A DNA stretch of 63,172 nt, filler included. It is 8 parts of 8 records of this genome, joined end to end, with 100 filler letters (N's around TTAATTAATTAA, not from the genome) between each part and the next. Parts side by side here need not be neighbours in the genome. Positions count along the whole stretch, not along the records: positions 1 to 27,448 come from SRR20825015_454; positions 27,549 to 29,753 come from SRR20825015_473; positions 29,854 to 38,187 come from SRR20825015_475; 5 more parts are not named here. One strand, written 5' to 3'. Position numbers and translations under genes: made by a program. This document shows, one piece after another, positions 18,689 to 31,196 of this stretch (position 1 is the first letter of the stretch; every line of letters begins with the position of its first letter). The notes beneath the pieces are model-generated. The model was given only the letters and a program-made list of their open reading frames with translations. It did not search any database and was not told the DNA's origin.

Positions 18689-21600
18689 TTGTATATGCAT
18701 TCGAGTTTTAAATTACTGAGTCGTGCGACAGCTGGATTATTTCTCCTGCTGGGGTTTACCCAAGCGATCTATGCCCAATGGTCCTTGACTATATTGCATC
18801 CCGCGGAGGCGAATAATTCGGGCCTTTATGCCGGTGCTGCGGGGCAGCAGGTTGGCTATATTACAACTTCGGGTGGGCCTACGCATGCGGGGTATTGGTC
18901 TGGTGCATCGGGTAGCTTTGTGGATTTAGACCCAGCGGGCACTTGGTTATCTTACGCCAATGCATCGAACGGCACACAGCAGGGTGGTAGTCTGAACGCC
19001 TCGCCCGGTTCGTTCGAAAGTCATGCCTACCTGTGGGCTGGAACGTCAGCCAGTGGAGTTGATCTCCACCCAGTTGGATTTGCACGATCAAATGTCACTA
19101 GTATGTCAGGCTCGTTTCAAGGTGGAACGGCTGATGTTTCACTGGGCATTCCTCATGCCGCTCTTTGGTCGGGAACATCTGCCAGTTTCGTGGATCTTCA
19201 TCCCATTGATCCGGAAGTTAATTATATATCTTCAGAAATCACGGCGATGGCGGGTTCGCAGCAGGCTGGGTTTGCTCGGGTGAATGGAGGATCCCTCCGC
19301 GCTATCCTCTGGAATAGCTCGCCTACTGATTTTGTTTACCTCCATGCCGGTGCGACCGCATCGATAGTCTCGTCTGCCATTTATGCGATGACAACTACAC
19401 AGCAGGGAGGCGTGGCCGATGGACGTGCGGCCCTATGGTCGGGGAGCCATTCGAGTCGGGTGAGTCTGCATCCTAGCGGAGCGTCGTCTTCAAAAATTCT
19501 GGCGATGGTGGATGGCTTTCAAGCGGGGGAAGTGGATAATCAGGCGGCCGTATGGCAGGGAACAGCTGCGAGTTATGAAAATTTGCATTCGCTGGTGGTC
19601 TCAAATTTGGGAAGTAACTACACTCAATCCACGGTAAGAGGCGCTTACATTGAGGGTGATGATGTGTTTTTGGTAGGATATGCCACTGATACGGTAAATT
19701 TTATTTCGGTGGCAGTTATATGGAGTCTGCCTCTACCAACGGCACCACTGGCAATTGTTTCACAACCGGAATCGCAGAGAGTTATCAGCGGAGGAAGCAC
19801 GGCGTTTTCCGTGTCTGCCACGGGGAGTGGAGTGCTAACCTATCAGTGGGAAGTCAGTGAGGATGGTGGTTCGAATTGGAGTGTGGTGGGGGATGATGCG
19901 ATTTACAGCGGCGCGATCTCATCGGAGTTGTCGCTCGTGGCGGTTCCTCCAGCGTTTCACGATAATCGGTATCGGGTTCGGATCACGGATGTAGATGGAA
20001 CCTCGACTTCAAATGAGACGGCCTTGACGGCGGAATACACGGAGCTTTGGGGGATGGGATACAATCTATACGGTCAATTGGGCACGGGTGAGTTTGGGTA
20101 TCATCCGACCCCGGAGCAGATTGGCACGGGCTATCAAACGGTGGTCGCTCGTGGATCGAGCACCCTATTTCTCAAGCCGGATGGGACTCTCTGGGCCGCG
20201 GGACATAATATCGAAGGAGTCTTGCATGACGGCACCACGATAAACCGCACGACCCCTGTGCAAATAGCCAGTGGAGTGATAGAGGTATCGTCCGTTGCTG
20301 AACACACGTTGTTCCTAAAATCTGATAATTCCCTCTGGGGAATGGGGAGTAATAACATGGGTCAGCTAGGGCTGGGTAATCTGACTGATCAACCTTCACC
20401 GGTGCGGATCGCGACTGATGTGGCTTATTTTGCGGCTGGCGGAAGTCATAGTCTTTATGTGAAAACTGATAACACGCTCTGGGGGATGGGGGCAGCTAGA
20501 TATTTGGGAATTGGATCGAGTGCAGGCTCCCAGCCGATTCCGATTCAGATAGTTGCTGGGGTGTCCCAAGTATTTGCCGGGTTTCACCACAGTCTTTTTA
20601 TAAAAACCGATAGCACGCTCTGGGGAATGGGGGATAATAATTACGGTCAATTGGCGGACATTGGGGGCCAATATCCAACCCAGCTGGCAACTGACGTCGT
20701 ATTGGCGGCCGTTGGTCGCTCTCATTCACTGTTTATCAAGACGAATGGAACGCTCTGGTCCATGGGCCAAAATGGCTATGGTCAGCTCGGCGATGGCACC
20801 ACGACGGATCGTAGCACTCCTAGCCAAGTAGCGAGTGGAGTTGATTTTGTGACCGCCAGCCTGTATGGCAGCTTTTTTATCAAGTCGGATCATACGCTCT
20901 GGGGGATGGGGGAAAATGAGTCGGGGCAACTCGGCGATGGTTCTGTGGTGCACAGATCATCTCCGGTCGAAATAGCTTCTAATGTTGGTTATGCTTCTTC
21001 CGGGAGAGTTAATCTACTCTTTCAGAAACTCGACGGTAGCACTTGGGCGGCAGGTCGGGATGAATATGGCGAATTCGGGATTGGACGGACGAGTAGTGAA
21101 AGGCAACCGATCCTGATTGCCGATTCGGTGACTGCTTTCAGGGCGGGTAATCATCACAGCATGTTCGTCAAGAGCGACGGTTCTCTCTGGGGAGTTGGGG
21201 CGAACCGGGATGGGCAATTGGGTGATGGCACGAAGGCAGATCGTGCTAGCCCAGTGTTTATCATGGATAATGTGTCCGATGTCGGGACAGGGGAATTTCT
21301 TAGTCTCGTTCTTAAAACTGACGGCTCTGTGTGGGGCATGGGGAGGAACGATCGTGGCCAAATCGGGCTTGGTGAAGGGGTGCCCGATACACCTGTTCCG
21401 ATGCAAGTCGCCACCGGTGTAGCGGAGGTTTTAGGTGGATATTATCACAGCTTGCTCCTCAAAGATGACGGCACGTTGTGGGGGATGGGGCAGAATACGT
21501 CGGGCCAGCTCGGTGATGGCACGAAAGAGAATCGCTTTACACCTATTCAGCTCGCGAGCGATGTGACTACAGCGACAGCAGGGAGTTTCTACACTTTACT

Positions 21601-24600
21601 GGTGCACACAAATGGGGTGCTTGAGGCGGCCGGAAGTAATTCGAGTGGAGCGTTTGGCAACGGCAGCACAAGTTGGACGGTGAGCACGTCTTTTACCGAA
21701 GTATCGAGTAATCCTGCGATGCTGGCATTGGCGGCGGGTTCAGGCCACAGTTTGTTCCTGCATCCCGACCATACATTATGGACGGCCGGTAGTAATAATT
21801 TTGGTCAACTGGGCAGGGGCACGATTGGTAGCAATGAGCCGGTTCCGGCACAAGTGGCGACAGATGTGGTGGCGATCGATGCCCGAAGCAGTAGTTCGAT
21901 GTTTCTAAAAAGCGACGGGTCATTGTGGGGCATGGGATTTGATCTCTTTGCTCCTTTCTCACCTGAATCGGAAATTTACACGGATACCCCCACTCAATTT
22001 GCGACAGGGGTGGATTCAGTTTCGGCAGGAAGCAGTCACCAGTTATTCCTGAAACGCGGGACTCCCGTAGCACCTCAAATTCTCGCTCAACCAGATGATT
22101 TGAATCGTGCGTATGGTGAGCCGGTTACGATGGAGGTCTCATTTTCTGGATTCCCCACGCCAAGTCTGCAGTGGAAGAAGGATGGTGTTGAGCTGCCGGG
22201 TGAGACCTCTGCTCGTCTGGAAATCAGCTACCCGACACTCGATGATGCCGGCTCGTATGTGTTGGTGGCTTCCAATTATTTAGGGACGGTTCATACCGAA
22301 CCAATCGTTTTGACGGTCGATGAGGCCATCGCGCCGTCTATTACGGCGGAGCCGATTGCCATTTCCAAATTCGTCGGGGAGGAGCACACGTTTGTCGTGG
22401 AAGCAAGTGGCACCGCTCCTCTCACCTATCAATGGCGGAAAGATGGAGAGAGCTTGATCAATAATAACCATGTTAGCGGGGCAACGACTGCCGAATTATC
22501 GCTCCACAATCTCTCAAGTGCTGACAACGGCAGCTACGATGTCATCGTTACTAACCACGTAGCCAGTGTTGTGTCTGCGACTGCAGATTTGGTGGTCACG
22601 CTACCGCTGCCAGTCATCACGACTCAGCCGTTGGATTCGATCATTGAGGAAGGGGCCGATGCGGTTGTTTTTGTTCTCGCGGAAAGTGAGAGTCCGATGA
22701 CTTACCAGTGGCAGATAAAACTCCGGGGTGAATCGAATTGGACGGATTTAGATGAGGATGCCAGTAGCTCTTACACAACGACGCTCCAAGTTACCGTTCT
22801 CGGGACACTGGCGCGGCATGGTGCGCAATTACGATGTGTCGTCACCAATAGTGGTGGTTCTATTATAACCGATCCGGTTCATCTTTGGATCAATCAGGCC
22901 ATCACCCTCACGGTGAGTGGCGAGGCGCGGACTGTGGCGGAATTGGGTGAGACGATTACCTTTACAGCGACGGCTGTTTCGGCAGTGGAAGCGCCGCTGT
23001 CATACCAGTGGAAACATGGGAATATCCCGATTGAGGGAGCCACGACGCCGACGTTTACGTTGGCTGATTTCTCGGCAGAGGATGCTGGTGCCTATGTTGT
23101 CGAAGTTTCGGACTCGTTTGGTGGAGTCATGAGGCAGTCGAGGTTTGTCTTGCCGGATTACGGACCAACCCAGGTGCGTGGCTGGGGGCAGAATGCCGAT
23201 TCGCAATTGGAGTCTCCCCTTGAGTTGACCACCGCCATAGCCATGGCGGCCGGTTCAGCGCATAGTGTCGCGTTGAAAGGGGATGGCACGATTCAGGTTT
23301 GGGGCGACACGAGCCGAGGGCAGACTACCTTTTCAGGAGACGTGAGCCAAGGCGTGGCATTGTCGGCTTATGGGGTAAATACCGTGGCCTTAGAAAGTGA
23401 TGGGACGGTGAGGACGTGGGGTTCTTATAATTCATCATCCGCTCCGTCTGATCTGATCGAGGTTTCCATTGGGGGGGCTCAGTTCCTGGGATTGAGGAAT
23501 GATGGCACCGTGTTATCGGGTAATTTGAATTACAATGTCCTGCCCAGACCTCCGGAAGGTTTACGTGAAGTCGCGGGGATTGCGGCAGGTGGCCATCACG
23601 CGTTAGTATGCAAACTGGATGGCACCGTGCTCGCTTGGGGGGATAACGATTCTGGGCAGACGACGATTCCATCGGAGCTTTCGAATGTTACGGCAGTCGC
23701 TGGGGGGGAGAGGCATTCACTCGCGTTGAATGAGGACGGCACCGTAGTTGCTTGGGGCGACAATAGCTACGGGCAATCGAGCGTGCCGGGAGGTTTGTCA
23801 GGTGTCGTGTCAATCGCGGCCAATGAATACACTTCTATTGCCCGAAAGTCAGACGGCAGTGTGGTGGTGTGGGGCCGTGCCGCTAGTGGCGAAACTTCGC
23901 CGCCTAGTAATCTTGGCCCCATTATTGCCATCGCTGGTGGGGGGCAACATTCTCTGGCCTTGCGTCAGACGACAGGGGACGTCGCACCGGAGATTACCGT
24001 TCAACCCGTCAGCATCCAACGTAACGTTGGCGAAACGGCCGTGCTGTCCGCAGTCGCGACCGGTTCAAATCCACTGCACTATCAATGGCGTCGGAATGGG
24101 GTGGCGATCAGTGGAGCCAACTCGCCAACCCTGAATTTTCCATCTGTCACAGGTGGAGATAGCGGGCGTTATGATTTGGTTGTGAGTAACCACATGGGTA
24201 GCGCCGAGAGCGAAGTTGCCCTGTTATCGGTGGTAGGCACGGGAGTTCCACCGTATGTGACGGCGGCCCCGGTGTCTCGTCAGATCGGTGTGCCGGGGCA
24301 ATCACTGGAGCTGACAGTCACGGCGACTTCAGCCAACCTCCCGCTGACCTATCAATGGAAAAAGAATAACAGACTGATTGCGGGTTCAACAAATCCGACT
24401 TTTAGCATTCCTTCTTTTTCCAATGATGACAGCGGTGCCTATACCGTTGAGATCACAGATAGCTTAGGGCTGAAAACTTACGCTACCGGTTTTGTTTTAC
24501 CCTTCTATTCGCTCACCCAATTAAAGGCATGGGGAGGGTATTTATCCGACACTGTTTACAGTATGCTCGCGGATTTGGATCACGCCATCGCCATCGCACC

Positions 24601-27448
24601 GGGAGGGGGCTTTGATTTTGTGATTCTCAATGCCGACGGCACATTGGCTCGTTTAGGGGCTAGTGAAGAGGCCTATCCTTCCACGGCGACAGATGTCGTG
24701 GCGATTGCGGGAAGTGGCACTAATGGACTCGCTCTAAAATCTGATGGCACCGTAGATACTTGGAAAGGGAATGCTGCTGGTGATCTGTCCCCTCCGGAGG
24801 GGCTTTCAGGAGTTATTTCTGCATCTATGGGGGGGGATTTCGCATTCGCTTTAAAATCTGACGGCACGGTGGTGGGTTGGGGAATAAACCATCAGGGACA
24901 GCTCGATATTCCGGCTGGTTTATTTGATGTTACCCAAGTCTCGGCTGGTGGAGGCCATGTCCTTGCATTGAAGACAAATGGCACGGTGGTAGCTTGGGGT
25001 GGAAATCTTTACGGACAGGCCAATGTTCCCGATGGATTGACCGATGTGGTGGCTGTTTCGGCGGGTGGCTCCACTTCATTCGCCTTAAAGTCCGATGGCT
25101 CGATTGTGGCGTGGGGGCTGGACGATTGGTCCAAACAAACCACCGTGCCACCAGAGGCGATTCCTGCGTCCTCAATCTCTGCAGGGAGTTATCACGTTGT
25201 CGCTATTAAGCCAGATGGCACCATAGCCAGCTGGGGTGCAGATACCTATGCTCAACAATCCGTCCCTGCTGATATTTCGCATGTGGTGGCGTCGGCAGTG
25301 ACTCAGCAATCGACTTTGGTGCTCCGTGATGCGTCAGCAGATGCACCACCAGTTATTATCGCTCAACCGGCGAGTGTTTTGGCTGGGGCGGGCGAGACTA
25401 TCACATTGTCTGTAAGTGCGGTTGGGATTGGCCCGTTTACTTATCAATGGCGTCGTAACGGGGTTCCGCTGGTGGACCAGACAGACGCGGAGATCAGTCT
25501 GATCGACCTCCAGTTTAGCGATGCAGGCAACTACGATGTCGTCGTCACTAATCAGGTAGATAGTGTCTTTTCCGATATCGCGGTCGTAACGATCCAGGCT
25601 CCGCCCGAGATCACTTCGGCTCCGGCGCATCGTTTGATCGGGACTCCGGGGGAACCCCTCACGTTGGCCGTGGCCGCGACATCAGCCAACGCTCCGCTGA
25701 GCTATCAATGGAGAAAGAATAACCGACTGATCGCGGGAGCGACCACCGCGACTTACGCATTAGCTGATTTTCAAAATACTGATGCTGGAACCTACACGCT
25801 TGAGATCACGGATAACCTGGGCCTGAAGACTTGGTTTATTTGTTTTGTCCATCCGTATTACCAAAGCACTCAGCTTTTAGCATGGGGACAGAATTATAGT
25901 GAGGACACCCCGGTGTTATCAGAACTTCCGATTATCTCTGTAAGTGCATATGAGCGCGGTAGCTATGCCGTCACCCGCGATGGCGAGGTCGTTGGTTTCT
26001 TGGGCAGCGATAGATTTTCTCCGGTCGGTATGACGGAAGTGGTGGCGGTTGCAGAAAAGTTGGTTCTGAAGAGCGATGGGACTATCGAGTCTTGGCTTGG
26101 AGATCCCTTATCTCTGGTTCCTTTGCCGCCAAGCGGTCTTCGCGATGTCGTGGACCTTCAATCAGGTCGCGACTACATGTTGGCACTCAAGGCCGATGGA
26201 ACGGTGGTGACTTGGGGGGACAATGGATATGGACAGACGAACATGCCTTCCGGTTTGCGTAATGTGGTTCAAATCGCGGCGGGTGATATTCACGCGATGG
26301 CTTTGATGGAGGATGGCACGGTAGAGGTCTGGGGGAATCGTGCTGGAAGTGCTGGAGAAAAACCGGCTTGGGACGACTTGAGTGGGGCGGTATCCATTGC
26401 CGCTGGATATTATCACTCGACGGTGCTTAAAGCTGATGGGCAGATTATCTCCTGGGGTTACCTTGGTGGAGAAAATGCGACTCCTCCCGGTGGGATCAAT
26501 GGAGAGGCCATCGCTGCGGGTGCCGATCACGTTTTAGCCTTAAATTCTGCTGGAGGGGTCGAGGCTTGGGGTGGTGGTTCCTATAACCAGACAGTGGTGC
26601 CCGATCTGGCTGTAACTGGTGTCGTGGCGGTATTTTCCGGAGATGAACAAGCATTCGCTTTGCGTGACTTAGCCGGTGATCCGATGCCCCCTGTAATCAC
26701 GACCCAACCTGGCAATCAAAGTGCCCTGACTGGTTCCTCGATCACTTTCAGCGTCATTGTAAATAGTCTAGCCCCTGTCACCTACCAGTGGAAAAAGAAT
26801 GGTGCAGACATCCCTGATGCGACCTCGGCGACCTACGAGATCCCCTCGGTGCAATCGAGCGATGAGGGCGACTATACCGTAGTCATCACAAACAGCGCGG
26901 GATCGGTGACTTCCGATGTCGCTACCGCCGCCATCGCGCTACCTCCAACTATCACCACTGATCCTGTTTCGCGGGCCGTTTATGTCGGTAGGGATACGGC
27001 CTTTACCGTCAGCGTCACTAGTAATGCCCCGTTAACCTACCAATGGAGCAAGGACGGCGAAGATATCACCGGCGCGACCTCGGCGACTTATAGCATACCC
27101 TTCATGCAACTTAGACACGCGGGCAGCTACACCGTGACTGTGACCAACATCGCAGGTTCGGTCACTTCCGGCGTCGCCACCCTCACCGTGAATACGTTGA
27201 GCCTGCCGGTAATCACCGAACAACCCGTCGACGAGGCACTCTTCCTCGGGCAATCGATCCAGTTCACTGTTGCCGCGACCGGTATACCGTCGCCGACCTA
27301 CCAGTGGCAGATCAAGGCATCCGGCTCGGCGACATGGAGCAACGTTATCGACGGAGTCAGTTATACCGGTTCTCAAACGACCTCCCTTTCCTTGTCCAAT
27401 GCGCAAGCTACTCAAAATGGCGACCAATACCGGGTGGTCGTGACCAAC
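18689..27448 (+). CDS. Giant secreted multi-propeller/Ig-domain surface protein (RCC1-like repeats), 3'-truncated
   Basis: Open frame of >2900 codons with a signal peptide (AIYA/QW), LWGMG.N..GQLG repeats, DGTV.AWG repeats and Ig motifs (YQW.K.G...D.G.Y). Confidence 0.9.
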
Positions 27449-27548
27449 NNNNNNNNNNNNNNNNNNNNNNNNNNNNNNNNNNNNNNNNNNNNTTAATTAA
27501 TTAANNNNNNNNNNNNNNNNNNNNNNNNNNNNNNNNNNNNNNNNNNNN
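27449..27548. other. Artificial contig spacer
   Basis: N44-TTAATTAATTAA-N44. Identical spacers at 29754-29853, 38188-38287, 40911-41010, 44560-44659, 49651-49750 and 60958-61057. Confidence 0.99.
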
Positions 27549-27867
27549 CATCGCTCATCACCAGCCCGCGTGACGAACCTTCGGCAATTGCACTGTCGGG
27601 GATCGTCTTGAACACGGCACTGTCGATCATCATCGGCTGCGCCAAAAGCCAAATGACCAGCACGCCCAACGCGGGCACTGCGGTCAGCATCGCGGCATTC
27701 CAGCCGTAATAGTTTGGCAGCGAGTGAAGGTTGCGGCGGTCGCCACCACCAGAGGCCATCGCGCGGCTGCGGGCCATATAGAACCCCAAGGCAGACAGCC
27801 CCAGCACCACAATGACCATCAAGCCGGCGGCGCTTCCACCGATGAGGCCGTTAAAAAGTTCGGACAT
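27549..27867 (-). CDS. pstC: Phosphate ABC permease PstC, N-terminal part (truncated)
   Basis: LHSLPNYYGW motif of the alphaproteobacterial PstC N-terminus, directly downstream of pstS. Confidence 0.8.
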
Positions 27868-27943
27868 TCTCTATCCCCCGGCGGGTGAGCTTTGGCGCAC
27901 CCAAGTCGTCATTTGCCTTGAAGCGTCTCAAGACCGGATTTGT

Positions 27944-27975
27944 AAAAAAGGCGGCGCGGTTTCTGCGCCGCCTTT
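27944..27975 (-). terminator. Stem-loop between pstS and pstC (terminator or mRNA stabiliser)
   Basis: Minus strand AAAGGCGGCGCAGAAACCGCGCCGCCTTTTTT. Confidence 0.7.
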
Positions 27976-27996
27976 CGAGGTCATCAGACCCAAAGC

Positions 27997-29037
27997 TTAG
28001 GACGCGCCGCCCATGACGACTTCGTCAGCTACAACCGCCTGGGTTTTCGCCAGTTCGGGATCAGCCACCAGACCGTAGTCCGCCAGCGGGCCATCGGGGC
28101 CTGCGATCTCATCGGACACGAAGAACTCGGCATATTCTTTCAGGCCAGGGATCACGCCGATGTGCGCTTTCTTGACGTAGAAGAACAGCGGACGCGACAC
28201 GGGGTATTCGCCGGTCGAAATGCTTTCGGTCGAAGGTGTCACACCCGACATGGTTGCCACTTGCAGCTTGTCGGTGTTGTTTTCGTAGAAGGCCAGACCG
28301 AACACGCCGATGCCGTCCGCGTTGCTTTCGATACGGGCCAGTGTTTCGGTGTAGTCGCCGTCGATGTCGACCGACTTGCCGTCTGTGCGCAGAGCGATAC
28401 AGGCTTTTTCAGCAGCTTTCTTGTCGTCGCCGTTGGCGGCTTTGAACGCTTCGAAATCGCCGGAGTCTTCGCAACCAGCGAGGATCACTTTTTCTTCAAA
28501 CACTTCACGTGTGCCGTGCTTGGTGCCGGGCACAAATGCCTGGATCGGCTGGGCCGGGAACGCGGGGTTCACTTGATCCCATGTTGCGTAGGGATTGGCG
28601 ACAACTTCGCCGTCAACGACCACTTTGTCGGACAGGGCTTTGTACCAGTCTGTGGGTGTGAATTCGAACGAGTTGCCGTTGATGTCGCTTGCAAACACGA
28701 TGCCGTCATAACCGATCTGAACTTCGATAATGTCGGTCACGCCGTTGGCGGCACAGGCTTCAACTTCGCTGTCCTTGATTTTGCGCGAGGCGTTTGCCAC
28801 GTCGATGGTGTTTTCGCCAACGCCTTCACAAAAGCGTTTCAGGCCAGCCGACGAGCCACCCGATTCCACGACGGGTGTCGGGAAGTCAAAGTTTTCGCCA
28901 AAGGCTTCGGCCACGATCGAGGAATAGGGCAGAACCGTCGAGGAACCGGCCACTTGAACCTGATCACGGGCAGCGGCAGCACCGGCAGCAACGGCCGCGA
29001 TGGCGAATGTGGAAGTTGCAAGTTTTACAAAGGACAT
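27997..29037 (-). CDS. pstS: Phosphate ABC transporter substrate-binding protein
   Basis: Motifs AGSSTV, ESGGSSAG, NASR and YPVSRPLFFY. Signal peptide. CAGGAG RBS before MSFVK. Confidence 0.92.
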   Translation of the reverse strand: MSFVKLATSTFAIAAVAAGAAAARDQVQVAGSSTVLPYSSIVAEAFGENFDFPTPVVESGGSSAGLKRFCEGVGENTIDVANASRKIKDSEVEACAANGVTDIIEVQIGYDGIVFASDINGNSFEFTPTDWYKALSDKVVVDGEVVANPYATWDQVNPAFPAQPIQAFVPGTKHGTREVFEEKVILAGCEDSGDFEAFKAANGDDKKAAEKACIALRTDGKSVDIDGDYTETLARIESNADGIGVFGLAFYENNTDKLQVATMSGVTPSTESISTGEYPVSRPLFFYVKKAHIGVIPGLKEYAEFFVSDEIAGPDGPLADYGLVADPELAKTQAVVADEVVMGGAS

Positions 29038-29121
29038 TTCAGTCTCCTGTTTGCGTGTTTCATAGTCTTGGAGCACCCCCATTGGCGTCCTTGCCGCCGA
29101 CCTAGAGCTTGGACGCTATGC

Positions 29122-29154
29122 TTTTGTGACAGTTGCGTAACAGTTTTATGACAA
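29122..29154 (-). promoter_or_regulatory. Triple Pho box upstream of pstS
   Basis: Minus strand TTGTCATAAAA CTGTTACGCAA CTGTCACAAAA: three 11-bp PhoB direct repeats. Confidence 0.9.
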
Positions 29155-29353
29155 CCGGCGGGAATGGCGGATTTTCAGAGGGTTTTCCTAACGGATCTGG
29201 ATTTCGGCCACTCATCCGGGCCAGTATCTATGGCGCGCAAGGCCATGGCGCCGGATCAAGCAGCGCACGTCGGCTTTCTGATAAATGTTCTGGCTTTCAC
29301 ACCATATGGGTAAGCCAAGACAGCATCCCCAAAGATCGCGCATCTGCCGCCGT

Positions 29354-29753
29354 TCAGTGTTCCTGCACGACGCCGCCGCCCTCGGACGCCAACAAGGGCA
29401 GCGCCACCTGAACCGTCGTGCCCTGTCCCAGCACACTGTCGATCCGCAACCGGCCACGGTGGCGGCTGACGATATGCTTGACGATAGCAAGCCCCAAGCC
29501 CGTCCCGCCCAGTTCGCGGCTGCGGTGGTTGTCGGCGCGGTAGAACCGTTCGGTCAGACGCGGCAGGTGCACCGGATCGATGCCCGGCCCGTCATCCTCG
29601 ACCACAATCGTCGCACCCGGTCCACGCAGCGGGCGCAGATAGTCATGCACCTCAAGCCGCAAGGTGACCTTGCCACCCTTGCCGCCGTATTTGATCGCGT
29701 TCTCAATCAGGTTGCTGACCACCTGCACCAACTGATCGCGGTCGGCGGCCACG
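29354..29753 (-). CDS. phoR: Phosphate regulon sensor kinase, C-terminal HATPase part
   Basis: Motifs NAIKY, DDGPGI, HLPRLTERFYR and GGTGLGLAIVKHI, upstream of pstS. Confidence 0.8.
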
Positions 29754-29853
29754 NNNNNNNNNNNNNNNNNNNNNNNNNNNNNNNNNNNNNNNNNNNNTTA
29801 ATTAATTAANNNNNNNNNNNNNNNNNNNNNNNNNNNNNNNNNNNNNNNNNNNN

Positions 29854-29882
29854 CGAGGGTTCGAATCCCTCCCTCTCCGCCA
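29854..29882 (+). tRNA. 3' end of a tRNA (probably tRNA-Ser), cut by the contig edge
   Basis: GAGGG-TTCGAAT-CCCTC T-arm followed by CCTCTCC-GCCA. The anticodon is not in the window. Confidence 0.75.
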
Positions 29883-29887
29883 ATACG

Positions 29888-29918
29888 AAAAACCCCAGCA
29901 GAAATGCTGGGGTTTTTT
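29888..29918. terminator. Bidirectional intrinsic terminator
   Basis: AAAAACCCCAGCA-GAAA-TGCTGGGGTTTTTT between the tRNA and a convergent transporter gene. Confidence 0.85.
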
Positions 29919-29930
29919 ATTGCATGTCAC

Positions 29931-30878
29931 TTAAGCCACCCCTGCCGTCCGCAACACAAACACCCCTGCCGTAACCGTTACACTGGCCATTAACGTGGTC
30001 AAAGCCACGATATTGGCTGCCAGGCGGTCGTTGCCGCCCAGCGCCTTGACCATGACAAAACTGGCGGCGGCTGTCGGGCTGGCGAAGAACAGGAACATCA
30101 GCCCAAGTTCGCGCCCTTCAAACCCGGCCAGCCAGGCAGCGAACGTACACAATACCGGTAACGTCACCATCTTCATCACACTGGCACTGATCGCCAGCTT
30201 GCGATCGGTACGCATGGCGCTCAAGGAGAGCGTGCCGCCAATGCACATCAGCGCCAGGGGCAAGGTAAGTGAGGCGAAATAGTCACCGCTGGTCATCAGC
30301 CAGTTCGGCAGTTGTAACCCGGACCAGGCGAAGGGAACGGCGATGACCACCGCCAGAATGAGCGGGTTGCGCCCGATATCACCGAGAATGCGCCCCCAGC
30401 TGGCCGTCTGACCCGGCTGGTAGGCTGTCAGGACAACCACAGAGAGCGCATTGTAGGAAATAATGACCACGCCCAGGAGAAGGCCCCCGGCGGAAAGCCC
30501 AAAGTCGCCATAGAGGCTTGCCGCCAGGGCGAGGCCCACAATACCGCAGTTGCCCCTGAAAGCGCCCTGCACATACACACCCCGGTCAATCGCTGGTGCG
30601 GCACGTATGGCCCAAAGCCAGCAGAAGAGGAAGCTGGCGAGGGTGGCGGCTACGAAGAATCCAAGCAGTGAGGGGTTGAGGGTGGTATCCAGGTCCGCGC
30701 GTACAATACTGAGGAATACCAGGGTTGGCAGAGTCGCGCGGAAGACCAGTGCCGACGCCGTGTTGATAAAGTTGGTATCGATCCAGCCGAGCCGCCTGAG
30801 ACCAAGGCCGATAAACACCATGGCGAATACCGGCAGCGTGGTCTCAAGGGTGTGAAGAAATGTTCCGAGTAGTGTCAT
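29931..30878 (-). CDS. AEC (auxin efflux carrier) family transporter
   Basis: About 10 TM segments, with motifs FRGNCGIVG, NPLI and PTAAAS. Confidence 0.85.
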   Translation of the reverse strand: MTLLGTFLHTLETTLPVFAMVFIGLGLRRLGWIDTNFINTASALVFRATLPTLVFLSIVRADLDTTLNPSLLGFFVAATLASFLFCWLWAIRAAPAIDRGVYVQGAFRGNCGIVGLALAASLYGDFGLSAGGLLLGVVIISYNALSVVVLTAYQPGQTASWGRILGDIGRNPLILAVVIAVPFAWSGLQLPNWLMTSGDYFASLTLPLALMCIGGTLSLSAMRTDRKLAISASVMKMVTLPVLCTFAAWLAGFEGRELGLMFLFFASPTAAASFVMVKALGGNDRLAANIVALTTLMASVTVTAGVFVLRTAGVA

Positions 30879-30889
30879 CCAGCCGGTGG

Positions 30890-31165
30890 TTACCGAACTC
30901 CAAAGTTAGTGAACTCACCGGTTGCAGAGTCTTCGGTGGTGTTGATTTTATCGACGATTGCCGAGGGAGGGCCGTCTCGGCACCACTGTCTGAGCGAAAC
31001 CAGTGACGCCGGTGAGCCCTCTGCAATAATTTCTACGCGGCCATCCGGCAGGTTTCTGGCGTAGCCGGTAACACCCAGGCTGTTGGCCATGTCGGCCGCG
31101 GAAGCGCGATAGCAGACGCCCTGGACCTTGCCGCTGATCAGCATCGTGAGTCTCTGGTGGCTCAT
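30890..31165 (-). CDS. Acylphosphatase
   Basis: Motifs GKVQGVCYR and GYARNLPDGRVE. AGGAGG RBS before MSHQR. Confidence 0.9.
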   Translation of the reverse strand: MSHQRLTMLISGKVQGVCYRASAADMANSLGVTGYARNLPDGRVEIIAEGSPASLVSLRQWCRDGPPSAIVDKINTTEDSATGEFTNFGVR

Positions 31166-31196
31166 TGCGTGATCCCTCCTGACATAGAGTGGCTTT

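Noticed and set aside
20040-26670. Periodic repeats as a CRISPR array or DGR template/variable repeat
   Set aside because: They are degenerate protein-level repeats inside one ORF. There are no identical DNA repeats, no adenine-specific pair, and no cas or reverse transcriptase gene.
27449-27548. Recurrent TTAATTAATTAA motif flanked by Ns as a biological repeat
   Set aside because: It is an artificial stop-in-all-frames contig spacer. ORFs running into it (ending X..LIN) are artefactually extended.
29854-29882. tRNA 3' fragment as an att site of an integrated element
   Set aside because: The fragment is cut by the contig edge and followed by a normal terminator, with no integrase visible. 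A plain truncated tRNA is the simpler reading.
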